Below are positions 41,261 through 54,575 of a DNA stretch of 64,000 nt, piece after piece (the stretch's first letter is position 1; every line of letters starts with the position of its first letter). A program made the translations under genes and the position numbers. The DNA comes from Microbotryum violaceum (taxonomy: Eukaryota). Location of the stretch: contig CDLV01000017.1 of the NCBI GenBank assembly GCA_001244265.2, positions 248,001 to 312,000 on the forward strand. Direction: 5' to 3'. Below the pieces are notes generated by a model that saw only the letters and a list, made by a program, of their open reading frames with translations, had not been told where the DNA came from and did not search any database.

Positions 41261-44200
41261 GTGTTGTCATCAATCAGCTCAGCTACCGAGTCATCGTCAT
41301 CGGACCTGCTCCCATCGCGGTCCAACCCCCGTGACTCAGCAGCCATGGTCTCACCCGCGCCCGTCGCCTCCACCTCCACCTCTACCTCGAGCGTGTATGC
41401 GAACGAGAGCTTGGACCAAATTAGCTCCTTGCCCGCACACGCACAGCAGAATCACGAGTCTCGGCTTTCGACCTCGCTCCCCACACCGACACCGACGATC
41501 CCGGCTTCGGTCGTCAGGGGTCGACCTCGCTCGTCGTCCATCTCCAACGGCTCACCCAGTCCCAGCCTCGGCTCAACCATACCGCTCCCTTCGCTGTTCA
41601 ACGATCCCGCCTCACCGACCACATCCCCCTGGGCTTTCAAAGCAGCCGCGACGACGAGCATCAGCGTAATTGGACCTTCTCCTACAGCACGACAGACCGA
41701 ATCCTCTTTCAGTGCTCCGAGCACTCCCATCACCAGCAATGGGTTGTCGCCACTCCAGTTCGGCCACAGCAACAGCAACAGCCTCAGCAGCAGCGGGAGC
41801 TCCAGTGGATCAGGGTGGGGGCATCGACCGTCATTATCCGTACCCGGAATCGTCTCACCGCTCCCTGTCCCGGCTGGAGGGGTCGCTCGAGGAGGTCGAC
41901 ATCGGAGAACACAGAGTGTTTCTCCCCTCGGTTTCCCCGTCCTCAGCGCTTACGAAGTGACTGGGTTCGCACCGAGTACCTCGCCGACGGCGAACTCGCC
42001 CTTTCAGACTCGGTCGATCTCTACATCCCCGGCCTTGAATTTCTCACCCCCACCTTCACATCCTGCGATGCCACCGCATCCTGGCTCGCCCTTGATGCCT
42101 TCACAGCGGAGGGAAAGCCCATCAAGGGGTTTCGGCCGGAGAGAATCGCCGCCCAGAGGATCTTCGACAACGGCATCACCACGCGCCATTGCGACCTCTT
42201 CGAACGCCGCCGTAGCACGCTTAACGATGCCCCGCGCCGAGATCAGTCCGATACGGCACAACCACGGCTCGTTCGCGCACGACGACCTCGTTTCAACCTC
42301 GCCGAACGGGTCGAGCTTGTTCGCTTCGATGCAGGCTTCCTCGCTCTTGTCCGGCACGGCGGCCCCATCTTCTGGGAATCACCATGCGTTCTCTCATGCG
42401 GCGCTGCTCTCGGGGGTGCGGTCACATGCGATCCCTCACGTCGATCCTCCCGCCTTTTCGGCCGACGTTCGCGAGACACCCTTCACTTTCGTCACTGACT
42501 TATCATCACCACCATTTGGACCAACATCACCGAATCCGTATCAGCCCCTACCTTCGATTTCCGACCTTCCGCCCCGAGCGACCGAACTGGATCTCGAGCA
42601 TGTTTTACGGAACGTTGAAGGCGATGCGATGGGGCTCGGGATGGAGGACGACGACACGGCGGAGCCGACACGACCGGTTGTTCTGAACCCACCGGGTCGC
42701 CTGGGAGCCATCTCACCGCCTTTACTGCCACTACCCGCGATTCCGGGCGAGCCAATGCCGGTGGCTCGGCCAAGGGCTGGATCGTTCAGTCGTGATCTGG
42801 CAGTGAGCCCCGCTAGTCCGGCGTCGCGCTTCCTCGAGACGAGACCGTCGGCATTGGTTGGACATTGTGATGAGCGTGTGACGCCGGAGGAACAACATCG
42901 ACGTAGTCCACCGCCTGAATCACCGTTGTTCCTGCCGCGCTCGCCGCCCATCATTCCCATTTCGGCTTCGAGCTTGACGTCCGCTCTGCATGGATTGCCT
43001 CCGCACTCGGCGGCTGCAGTAGGGTCGGTGTTTGACTCCGATCCGCCGACGAGACTGACGACCACGACGACCGTAGGATTCGACGTCACTTCGCCTGCTG
43101 GAACCCCGCAGCTCTCTCACCACCTCCTCCACCCTCGGTTTCAGCCTCGACATCCCTCGATTCGACCCTGGTTTCGGACGATCTCCCCCCACCTCCATCT
43201 CCCCATCACCAGACGATCGCCCTACCACCTCCACAAGTCGCCCCTGCCCCCCTTCCATCCCATCTCGGTGGACCCCTGTTGCAAGGCCAGCATGCACCCC
43301 GGAGAAAAGTCCGAGGGTCGAAACTGGGTTTGGTTGCGAGCGCGGATCATATCCCGAAACGACATTCGCCTTTGGTCGTTGATGCTGTTGCGACGAACAG
43401 TGAGGAATCGCCACCTACAGCTGAAGCGATTGGACGACATTCGGGTGAGGATGATGGGGAGGAGGACGGGCAAGAGAAGGAGGAGGTCAAACCTGCTTCA
43501 TCGGTTGTTCAGACGACCGAAAGACGTGATGTTGCAGAGACGAATCGCGTCGCCCCGGAACGTATGGCGAAGATTGCAATGTCGGACGACGACTCGCGGT
43601 CCTTCTCCCCCCTAGGTCAGCCTCAACATCTGGAAGACGCGTCCTCCGAAACGGCGTACCAAACCCTCGAACAACACCTCGCTCGAACACCCTCTCCTCC
43701 CAAGAGTTGTTGGGACCTCGACGAACCCGAGGAAGACGAATTCGACGAAGGCTTTGCGTCCAGCTCGCCCCCTCGGGAAGGTATTGCGCCTGGTCTCGAC
43801 CTGGGGGGAGGGATTGACAATGCGGGTGATCTAGCCCTTGCACGTATGGGACGACAAGAACGTGCCCTTGCCGGACCGGAGATGAACATCCCTTTGAGCA
43901 ACGGTGTCGGTGCCCTAGGCTTCATGGACGTCGATCAATTTCAACAGCAACAACAGAGGATACAGTACGAATTGGGCGTTGCGGCGGGGCATGGGATTTC
44001 GGCCTTGGAGGGAGGACATGATTCGCAGGAGGTCTGCGCGATCGATGAGGAGACGTTGTCGGCGCTGGAGAGGATCTTCGTGTGTGCGAAGAGTGATGCG
44101 ACGGAGGAGAGGTGAGTTTGGTGCGGGTGTGTAACTGGATGTGGCTAATGGGAGACTGACCGGGTTTTTGCTTGACTCGCAGGATCCGAGTGTCGAATCA

Positions 44201-47200
44201 TCTCCCAGAATGGCTCTTGGGCGTCGACATTTGCGAAGCAGCCGAATATGTCCTCCCCCTGCTCATCGGTCTCGCGACCGATCCGGCCGATTACGTCAAG
44301 GAGGCATTCGCGATGCAACTCGATCGCGTCATGTGGCATTTCTTCAGCCTGTGCCCGTTGATTGAACTCGACCCTTCACATGAGGGAGGGTTACATCGGA
44401 GCCATGCGCCGATACAAGCGAATGGGACGGAGGCCGTGGCGGGTGGTTCGCCCGTTCCTTCGCGTTACCCGTCTGTGCATCAGCATCATCAACATCAGCA
44501 TTCGGAATCGACGATGCCGAATGGGGAGCGATCCCCTACTTCGACGCACTTTGGGCTCTCGGACGACTCGGCAGCGAGTTCGACCCCCCCGCCAACATCA
44601 AAAACCTCGCCTTCCAACACCGAAGTAGCGGACTCGCCTCGCATCTCATCGGCGACGTTCACCTCCCTACTGGGCGCCTTATTGACGGATCAGTCCAGTG
44701 GTGTTGCGAAAGGGGCTGAGAGTGCGCTCGTGCGATTCTTGTGTCGACTCAAAGGCAAACAGATCCCGTTCGAGTCACCGGTGTCTTCGCCTCTCTTGTC
44801 GAATGTGCCCTTACCTTATGTGGAGGAGGATTCGACGCCGACGCCGACGCCTGCGGATGGGACTACACCGGGTTATCAACTCACACCTGAGGCGAGGCGG
44901 TTATTGGAGGACGAGATCGTTACAGGTATCGTCTTGGGCCTTGCTCGGCTCGACGAAGACGAACCACTTGTGCAACAACAAGCTCAAACACAAGCCCAGG
45001 AAGAAGAATCAGAGCGATCTTCGACGCCCGCCTCAGCATCGAGTCAAACTCGGCAGACGAACTCGTCGCCTCAGCTCTGCTCGAGCCCTGAGGAAGATGC
45101 ATACGATGATGGCTGGCTCACATCCGATTCGGGACCTTTCGCCGACTCGCCATTGGATCCCCCCGCCCCTGATCTCGGATGGGGTCTCCCCACTTCGACC
45201 ACGAACGGTGCCGCATCGACTCCTAGTGAACCGAAATATTCAACCTTTTCTCCCGACCCCAACTTCTGCGTCGACGATGACGAAACGACGATCGGCAAAG
45301 TTGTTTCCATGAGCCTAGTCGCCGCCATCGCGTCGACGGATTGTTTGGATCCGCACACGTTGACGGTGCAGATCTTGCCGGAGGTTGAGAAATTGAATAG
45401 GGATGGGGTTTATTATGTTCGGAGGGAGGCGGCGCAGGCGCTGGGGAGTTTGGCAAGGACTTTGCCGTTGGAAGTTGTGGAGGCGAGGGTGGTGAGTTGA
45501 CTCGGCTTGGCTTGGCGTGGCGTTTGCTCTGTCGTACTGACGTTCGGCCTGTTGCGATTCCATCACAGCTACCCATGTACTCCGTCTTCGCCCACGACGA
45601 CAACTTTGACGTCCGTCGAGCGGCATGCCTCGTCCTACCCGCGATCTGCAAGCGTCTACCCAGCGACCTCCGACGACGGCTCGCTGTCGACCACATGAAA
45701 CAGTTCAGTTGCGACTCGTCTCGCATCGTACGCAGTGGCGCGCTCGAAGTCTGCGGCGAGATGACGTACCTCTTTTACGAGGACCCGTCGGGCGTGCCGG
45801 ATGAGATCCTTTCGGTCTTTTTGGGCCAGACGATCTCGACATGTGACGCTAGGACGAGCGCTACCGACGCTGCTCTGGCTCCGCAGACTTCTGAGGATGA
45901 GGACGAGTTTACTCCATTGGCCAACCCTCTTGATTCGCCTCCCGCCGCAGTAGCCGACTTGCCCCCGACATGGAATTCCGCCGCCTCCGCTCGCGATCCA
46001 GATCGACCCGTGATGTGTGCCTTCAACTTCCCCGCCATCGTCCTTACGTTGGGTTGTGAGAAGTGGCCCTCGCTACGACCTTACCACTTCGAGCTGTGCC
46101 AACACAAGACGGCCAAAGTGAGGCAATCGCTCGCTTCCTCCCTGCATGAAGTAGCCAAGATCATCGGGCCCGCCCAAGCCGACGTCGCGTTGCTCGAACC
46201 GTTCACTTGGTACCTCACCGACCACGACCAGATCCAAAGTGCCTTATTGGACAATCTCACGAGTCTATTGTTCGCTTTCGGATCCGATGCGGGCAGGTCG
46301 GCATTGGCTGCTCTCGTCGAAGCATGGGACAAAATCACTGTTTGGAGAAGGAGGGAAACGATCGCCAAGTACCTCGGCCGTCTAGGAGCACACTATATGC
46401 TCGTTGGGTCGTCGGATGAAGTTTTGCTCTTGCTCGCCAAGGCGTTTGGGGATGAAGTTGCGGCCGTGCGGGAACAAGCCGTCTACGCAGTACCTTATCT
46501 CATACAAGCGACCATTGTCGACGAAGAAGCCCGTGCCAAGATGTGGGCCTTCCTCAGCGTCTTCTACGAAGATGCGAGTTACCGCAATCGGGTCGTTTAC
46601 ACGTCGTGTGTGTTGGCTTCGATACGAGTTGGCGTTCCGAGGGAGATCTTTGAGGAACACTTCTTGCCGTCGTTGGTACAGCTCGCTCAGGATCGGGTCA
46701 TCAATGTGCGGATTGCTGTGGGTCGAGTTGCGAGTGAATTGTGTCAGAATGGTGCGTACATGATTGACCCTTGAGTATCGGCAGCGATCACTAACGACCA
46801 TGTGTGGCATTCTATAGAACGATTCTACGCCGAGCTCTCGTCGCGCACCCCGCTCTCCGGGCTCCTGAGGGCGCTCTTCCACTGCACCGATCGCGACGTA
46901 CGGGATCCGATCGTTCGATTCTACGTTCCTGACGGCGACTCGCGCTCCTCCACGCCCGAATCAATGATGGTCGATCGATCTGTCGGGGTCCAAAGTCGTC
47001 TGCGGAACCATCACGGGGAAGTCGATGACCCTTCCTCCGACATGGAAGAAGATGATCGACCTCTTCCCACAGCTACGCGATCCAACCCCTTTTCCCACGG
47101 TGTGCATTTTGAACGTGATCTAGGAAGCGACGACTCTGTCATTTCCGGTGAAGGCGATGACGATGAGATCATGGATTTTGACGAGGACGGCGCTGCGAAC

Positions 47201-47272
47201 GGTCCGGATGCGCTGTGGACGCGCGATATGGTCGACGATAGTTTTGTCGAAGTCCATCGAGGAACGAATTAG
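41261..47272 (+). CDS. HEAT-repeat protein, PP4 regulatory subunit 1-like, with a very long disordered N-terminus (true start uncertain)
   Basis: LSALERIF, YVRREAAQALG, VRRAAC, CAFNFPAIVLTLG, VRQSLASSLHEVAKIIG, WRRRE and LAQDRVINVR motifs. Introns at about 43024-43076, 44112-44182, 45491-45568 and 46752-46818. Confidence 0.78.
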
Positions 47273-47964
47273 ATCCGCCTCTAACCCTTCTCCTTCGTTT
47301 CTCGACACCTTGCTTATTAGCAAACATCATCTTCCCATCCCCCCAACTTTTTACTTTTGTACGCCCTCGCATTCCCATTGCTAATTTTTCTTCTGTCGTC
47401 TAATTCATCTTCTTTTACATCTTTCCCTGTGAGAACTTTCGAATCGACTGTTTTGTTCTTGTTCTCCTCTACAAGTTCGCTCGATGTCTAAACTACCTAC
47501 CTATCTCTTTTAGAGGGTTGTACCCCCTTTCTTGTTAACAACTTACTCCTTCTCCTTTCTTCGCAATGTGATGCCAAACGAGACCTTTCCCCACCGAATG
47601 AAACACACCCCGTCAAAATGCCGAGTCATAGGATTTTCGACCGTTACAAGAATAAGCACAACTTTGGGAGGAACATTGGATTCGATCATGAAGAGCCCCG
47701 GGTTGAAGAGATTCGCGGGCGTAGACGAGGAAGATGACCAGGCTTTGGGTAAAAATGTAAAACAATAGCTGGGAACAGATGCAACAATTAAGAGAGAACA
47801 ACCATAAACGCAAGAAAAGGGTTCAGGGAAAGTATCAGAAGACACCGATGATCAAGAGCTTTTAGATCGAGGGAAAAACAACACAAGCGCCAAGGCTTGA
47901 CGAGACGGAACTACTCTGGTTTCTTCAGAATCGGGTTTAAGCGGGACTCCCGCAGTTTGGGTGG

Positions 47965-50335
47965 TTAGAAGACTGTAAAATATCAGGGAATAAAGATTCA
48001 TCAGTACAAAGATTCATGGAGCAAGCGGTGTGCCCAAGAGTCCTCCCCACTCACCCAGCCTCATCCCCTGCATCGCCCTCAAAAAGCTGACCCCGGTCTG
48101 CGCCTCTCTCTCCAACTCGTTCAACTCCCTTTCGATCCTCTCATGCACCGTCTCCTCCTCGATACAATCACCCTCGCACACCGAATCCCTCTCACTTGCT
48201 CCATCGTCGTAAGCGCTGGTGAACTCGGTGTTCTGGCCTCTGGGCGTCGTGACGATGGGGTACGCAAGGTCGGGCGATTCGGTGTTTTCTCCAACCATGG
48301 CTTGGCTCGCCGCTCTCCTCGACATGGTCAGACCTGATAAGCTGCCCGGTAGACTCGAGCGTCGAGGTCCGAGTCCATCGTCCTTGGGGGGAGGTGAGAG
48401 CGTGCCAGAGGCCCCCTCTTCGCCATCGCAGGCAGGGGATAAGGCAGAGATAGGTTTGGTAAGCGAATAAGCCATCATCGATCCGACGATCGAGTGACGA
48501 TGGGAAGGTAAAGCGGGCATAGGAGGGGATAAGGAAAGCGGCGCATGGTGTGACATCGCTGAAGGGGCGAAGGGTGAAGAGTTACCGGAAAAGTTGCAGT
48601 GGCCAGTGGACTGGTCCGGGTGCGGCGAAGGCGACCGCGAAGGGTCGGGCGAAGGGAAGGACAGGATGTCGTCCTTGATGTGGATGATGACGATAGTCAC
48701 GCCTTTCAAGGGCTGGATCTGCGCGTTCTCCTTCGACCAGCCCTCGTGCTCAATGCGATATTGGACGACCTGGTCCCTCAGCACTAGGAGCTCCTCCATC
48801 ATGAAAGGCGGGGAAAGATGCCCCCACAGTTTGTCCGTAGGTTGCGAGGTCGGATAAGAGCATTCCAAAAATATAGTCGACAGCTTGCCCGCCACAATCC
48901 GCGGCGCGGCGACTTTGCAAACGGCCAAATTGAGGGGTCGTTTCGAGATCGAGTCGGGTTCGACGTCGCCATAGAAGAGAAATTCGTAGTTCTGGCCGGT
49001 GACGGACTCGCGAACGAAGAAGGCGGTCGAATCGTAGCATTCAGTCTCTGTCGGTGCCTTGGATGAACTGGCCGCATCTGTACCGGAAGATGATGTTGTA
49101 GGCCGGGGCTTTGGTGGGTGGAAGAAGGACGGGTCCATCCCGTGGGAGATTGGCATGGCCTCGAACGAAAGGGAAGGGGACAAGGGCGACCACTCCCCGT
49201 TCGGTCTCGTGATCCTGTGGGCGGTACAAAGCACCAGCTCAGGGTGCGGCCCAGTCTGCAATAACATTCACTGCAACTCACTCTCGATACAGGTAAGCGC
49301 GACCGGCGGTCTTCCCATCGCTCTCCCATCCGACCAGTCTCGGCCACACGCCGCCATCAAAGACGTTGTCGAGGTTCGCCAGTGTCCGCGAGGTACCATA
49401 GACCGGCCGTGGGCTCAACGATGCGCCCGAAGAAATTATGAGACCCTGGATATGATCGAGATGTGCATGGGAGATGGCGAAACATCTGACCATGTCCCAA
49501 ATCTTGCCCGCTGCCTTGCCTCCTCCTTCGCGGCCAACGCCGACCGCTCGTTTGCCCTTGGCCTCCTTCAGACGACGCTTGCTGGATGGTGTCGTTGTAC
49601 TGTCCAAGTTGTAATTAGTTTCGGAGGTTTGCTCGTGCAAGTCCACGCCGATCTTGAGCCCAAAGTCGGCAAAGGCGTAAGGCTGGGTTTCGATCAAGCT
49701 AGCCAAGGCGCCGATCGTGGATCCAGCTGTATGCTCAAGTGGTGCCGAGAAATCACGAATCAACACGTAAAGCTCACAAATCCAGGAGATATTGAAGAGA
49801 ATTTTGGCAAAGTGCGAAGAAGAAGGGCGAACTGACCTTCGAGCGAGGTGCACCCATCGGCCCACTTTGTTGAATAAGGCTTGACGAGATACGATGACAA
49901 GTTGGTCTCCAATGGTCCACCTCCGCAGCCCTGGGTTCAATGGATGACAATTCAATGATCGTTCTGTGACCGCCCACGTGGAACCGCTGAGGATCCTGTA
50001 ACTGGGCTCGTTGCTCGCGACCCGAGAAGCTTTCGGGCTGGCGGAGATCGCCCACTGCAGCCGGACAGGGGGGAGAGTCGAGACTCTGGAGCGGAACCGC
50101 AAGCACTCACGACGACGAGCATCTCGAAGGCCGGTGTCGATTCTGGGTCTTCTTCTGCTCCTGTTGCATCCCGTGTGGCATGACCGCGCAGACGGACGAC
50201 TCGACACTGCTCTTGCCATCTCCTTCTCTTGGCTTCATGCTGTCTCGCCAACGCTGTCGCTGCCGCTGCTTGTGCCGGAGACAATGGTGGAGCGCTGGCC
50301 TGATGACCGTTGGTCTTGACGCTGGTGGAGGCCAT
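47965..50335 (-). CDS. PDE1: Low-affinity (class II) cAMP phosphodiesterase
   Basis: GCGGGPLETNLS, FAISHAHLDHIQGL, PISHG, FYGDVEPDS, IFLECSY…LWGHLSP and IIHIKD motifs; multi-exon. Confidence 0.92.
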
Positions 50336-50959
50336 TCTTCAAGCTGTAAGACGAATGATTTGACTGCGGCTCGAGAGGCGCAAGCGACGAGCCGAGCCCA
50401 GTCGTCAGTGATGGGTGAGGCAATGCCAGTGACGGGTGTGGACTTGGCAAGTGAGCTCAAGTGGGGGCGCCACGCCCGCGGGAGTTGCTCGTCACGAGTC
50501 CCGCAATAATCCCCGCCTTCTAGCGCTGGCGCGTCTTGTCGCACTCTGGGAATCGGCAAATGGCAACGGCTCGCCGCAAGTTAGTTCGCACTGCCCCTGA
50601 CCTGACCCCTCGGCGAGATCGACAAATCGACGGCAGTTCGACTCTTGAGACTTGAGGCAAGAGCCTTCAGCACACCGGACGGTGGATTCAATCAAGTCTC
50701 ACCCGAGTGAAAAGGGTCGTATTCTGTACCCAGAGGTCGCACGTCGACGTGGTTCCGATCGGCCTAGTAGAGTCGTCCAGCCTGATCGAGAGTCTTGGTT
50801 AGGCCTTTGTGTCATCGTGTACACTACATTGCAGGGGCGCTCTCAACTCCAGCATACGGAGATTGGGGGATGGGAACTCGGGCGCGCTCGGACCTTTTTA
50901 GATTCTGACTTAGATTACCCGAGGCAGCGACTAGCGCGGCTCTCCCTCTCTTTTCCCTT

Positions 50960-51097
50960 AACGTTCCCTATACTCTTCTACTCGGCATCTTCGTTTGCTC
51001 ACTGCGCTGCTCCTCATAGGTTAGTGTAATACATTTCGAACGTTCCCTATCCTCTTCTACTCGGCATCTTCGTTTGCTCACTGCGCTGCTCCTCATA
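50960..51097 (+). repeat. 59-bp direct repeat (one mismatch) with a 20-bp spacer
   Basis: 50960-51018 and 51039-51097: aacgttccctat[a/c]ctcttctactcggcatcttcgtttgctcactgcgctgctcctcata. Confidence 0.92.
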
Positions 51098-54000
51098 CTT
51101 TGGGAGCGCCGTGGCCGTCGCCCTGCCCGCGGCTGGGGGGTGCCACCTTCCGGTGGGGACCTCCGAGCCGCACCTCGTAAATTGGATAGCGATTCGACGC
51201 GAGGACGAAAGGTCCAGGCTTTGGGCCGCTGATTAAACCTTGGGCGCCAAGCGTGGTGGAAGTCCGAGGACGAGGTCGAGTCGAGGGGGAACACACACAA
51301 GTTGGAATCAAGACCCGAAACGACGAGACCACAGAGTTGGTCGACGCAAAGGCAGGTGGCAGGTACGGCAGGTGGCGACTAACCGTATGTCTCGAGGAGC
51401 TCCTCGAACCCTCTCTTGGAGACCGGAGCCCCGGTCCTTCCCGGCCGGCTCTTGGGAACGTCGGCGCTTCGAAACCTGACATCTCAGCCAGACATGAAAG
51501 GTACCGTTCATAAGAGGCGCGCGTACAGGCCGCTCGCGGCTATCTAGCTACCAAACGTAGCAGAATAGGCTCACGCAGCGCCCTCAAGCTGCACTTCAGT
51601 GCTGTAAAGGCACAACACTGTCCATGGGATGCCTCATAGTCCAAGAGAAGAAGTGGATATCATCGATTTGCGTTATTTTTTACCCTTGGTCTTTCGGCCC
51701 GGGTGCTAGCGAGAGGCAAGTGGATTCACGTAACCAAACGTGAATTGGCAGAAGTTGGCAGAGTAGGTAAAACCCGAGTCGCGAGACACGAGCCTGCGCG
51801 GTCCGAGACTCTCCTTGACGCCATCATCTCGTTCCGAGGTATGCACTCAACCCCACGCTTGAATAGTATGAACATTAATATCCCACCTCTTATCTCCGTC
51901 AAGGGGTAATCCATCTTGGTACTCAATGCAGAATGATCACTTTGGTTAATACAGTGAATGCTTTCCACCAAAGGCTACGAACCGGCGAGGGTCACGTGAA
52001 GAGCATACTGCTCTGCATTCGCCGAGATCAGGTGCAGTTGTGAGAAGATGACGAGAGGGGCTGCAATCTATGTGTTCTGCAGACAAGGGCAAGTCAAGTC
52101 TTCAGAAGTATTACAGTAGAAGGCAAAGCCCTGAGATAGTAGACCGTTGGCGCCGGTGAATCTGACTGGTAGGCCCTTGGCTATACCCACACGAGACTGC
52201 TGATATCGAGTATGAAGCTCGTATCCGGACATTACACCCGAGCTTGGGGAAGTATGATTGTGACATACATCTGAAAGAACGCAAAGTGAAACTTGAGTGA
52301 TTCTGCCGTCGGCGCGTCGCGTCGCGTCGAGTGGAGTGGGAAGCCTCGAGTACGTCGCCGACGCCGATCGTTGAGGGGCGCACCTGCTGCAATCAAATGG
52401 TGCGAAGCGAGGGAGAGGGGAGTCACTGAGCACACCGAGTAGAAAAGTTGGAAAGCTGGGGGCCTCGTGTCTGACATCACCTCCATCAAAGACGAGGAGT
52501 CTGCGATGCATCGAAATAGGTTGGACACGGATCATGAAGCATGAGAGGAGCGAAGCCAAGCCTGCGACACGAGCTTTCTAGAACGGGTTGCCCAAGTGGA
52601 ACTGATTGGTTCCACAGGACCCAACGAGTTGTTCGCTAATCGCTGATCTGAAGTATTGGTGTATGCCGTGGAGAGAGCGCGCTCGCGGCGGGCCGGCGGT
52701 TTCGAAGTATGAGTGCGAAAGCAACGTCAGCGACTCGGACTCGCCGAACTTCGCGATACAAGGGACGGATCATGTGTGTCTGCCTGAGATGAAAATTGAT
52801 CGGGGTCGGGCTGCGTTCAAATATTAACCCGTATTTATGAGCGCTTATCATTCGCCCAGCTTTTTTGTTTTTTATCTCTTTTTTTTTTTCCTCGCCGTAT
52901 AACAATACTTTGTTGTAATAAACGTACACAGGTAGACCTTGTTTCAATCGAATAGCCTGTAATTGCTCTTCAGCTAAAAAGGAAAAAGGTATGAGAAGGT
53001 ATGATTATATAAGAAGATCAATTAATTAGATACCATGGGCGACGAAAACTAAAAAAATAAAAAGGCGCTGGCGAGTAAAAAGGGGAAAAAAATGAGGTGA
53101 ATTTACTCTTTCTAAAGTAAGATTGATTAATAACTAATAAACAAGTAAATATGTATTGATTGAGCTGTATGCCATGAAATTGCGCAAGTCGGGACATCTT
53201 CTCAAAATGTCGAAGACTCGTATTAGGTCAAGTTGATTACCCTAATTACTCTGACTAGCTAAAAAAAAAAGTGTGAGTCAAGGAATGTGCCTAAAATTGC
53301 TGTTTTGGACTGTGTTGCAGCCCGGAGGTCCGCCGCCTGTGGTGGATGTACCAGCGCACTGTTGTGTCTGCTGCACCTGCCTGTGGTGTTCATGTTCGGA
53401 TCAGAAGTCACGTACAAGCTCTGTGGCAACTTTTGTATTTTTCGCGCCAGTTGAACGAAGCTACAGCGTTCCCAGTATGTTCCTTCACTTTTTCATTAAC
53501 GTAGAACAGTGAGAACACTTATATTGTATTTACTGGACGGCAAGCGCGTGGCTTTGTATCACATTGCTTCTACAGCAGAGCTCCGTCTGACGGGGGCGAG
53601 CGCTGGCGTCTGTCACGTGATGCGGTGCGCCGCGGTGTCAGTGTCATTAGAATATTAGGGGCTGAACCACAAATCACACCCTGTGAAAAAACCCGCGCCA
53701 CACTATACCCTTTTCTTTTCCTCTCCCACTCTCATCAATTTTTGTGACACTCATTCAAGGAGAAACCCTCGACACTATGCCCCGCCGGTCCTAGGGTCGC
53801 CAGGAAGGGCTAAGTCCTAAGTGAAATATAGTTTCTCTGCCGTTTTTCGTCATGATAGCGTTCGAGTCTCAAGCATCCCGTTAATTTAACGGACTCCCAC
53901 TGGTATTTGGTAAGTTTCCACTCTGCGCATACGCCGTGGCTCCCGCCTCTTGCCCCGGCCTCGCGGGCTGTCAGCGCTATCAGCGGCGCTGGCGGTCCAC

Positions 54001-54575
54001 ATTACGTCGTTCACAGCAACTGCTGATCCTCGGACCTCGGCACGTGACGTCCGGTCGTTGCTCTGACTGCATACAGTCTGGCCTGTCAGCGAGCAGCTAG
54101 CAGCTAGCGCTCTTCCTTCCGAAGATGGCACTGGGGTACATCATGCATCACGGAGCTGGATGCCTGACAAGCGTTAGCAGGTATTGCACATGGGCAATAA
54201 ATGAAACGTTCGACGTCGCACACCATCATTCTGGCTCTGTAAGCCCGGAAATGTCGACGCTTGAAAGGGAGTTGGCCCCACGACCTCGAGCAGCCATCCA
54301 GGATATCCAGGACCTAGCGAATGTCGCCGTCAGGGCATACGATACAACGAGGTTAGAAGTACTAAGCCATACGGTAGAATCATCTTAAGATAAAGAGAGC
54401 GCGATACCGAGGAACAAGCGTAGAAGGGGACCAGCGAGTGAAGCCGAATATTGAAAGCAAGCAAAACTAACTTCTTGACGAGGACACCTGGGGACGAATA
54501 GGCAAGACGAGTTTAGAAAATGCAGTGGGTAGTAGTGCAGTGGATAATGGAGTTTATAGAAATGGATTAAGTAGT

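Noticed and set aside
43020-43120. Apparent frameshift in the PP4R1-like gene
   Set aside because: A 53-nt GTCGGT…CTGAC…TAG intron (43024-43076) restores the frame, so pseudogenisation need not be invoked.
51100-51510. Possible ribozyme or RNase P-like RNA (GAGGACGAAA, GGAAGTCCG)
   Set aside because: No CTGATGA hammerhead core and no matching P4 partner strand; an Rfam search would be needed.
51950-53512. Small Cys-rich ORFs as secreted effectors
   Set aside because: I could not build a convincing signal peptide or a consistent spliced model.
52824-53890. piggyBac-like TTAA|CCC start
   Set aside because: No matching GGG|TTAA end or terminal inverted repeat found.
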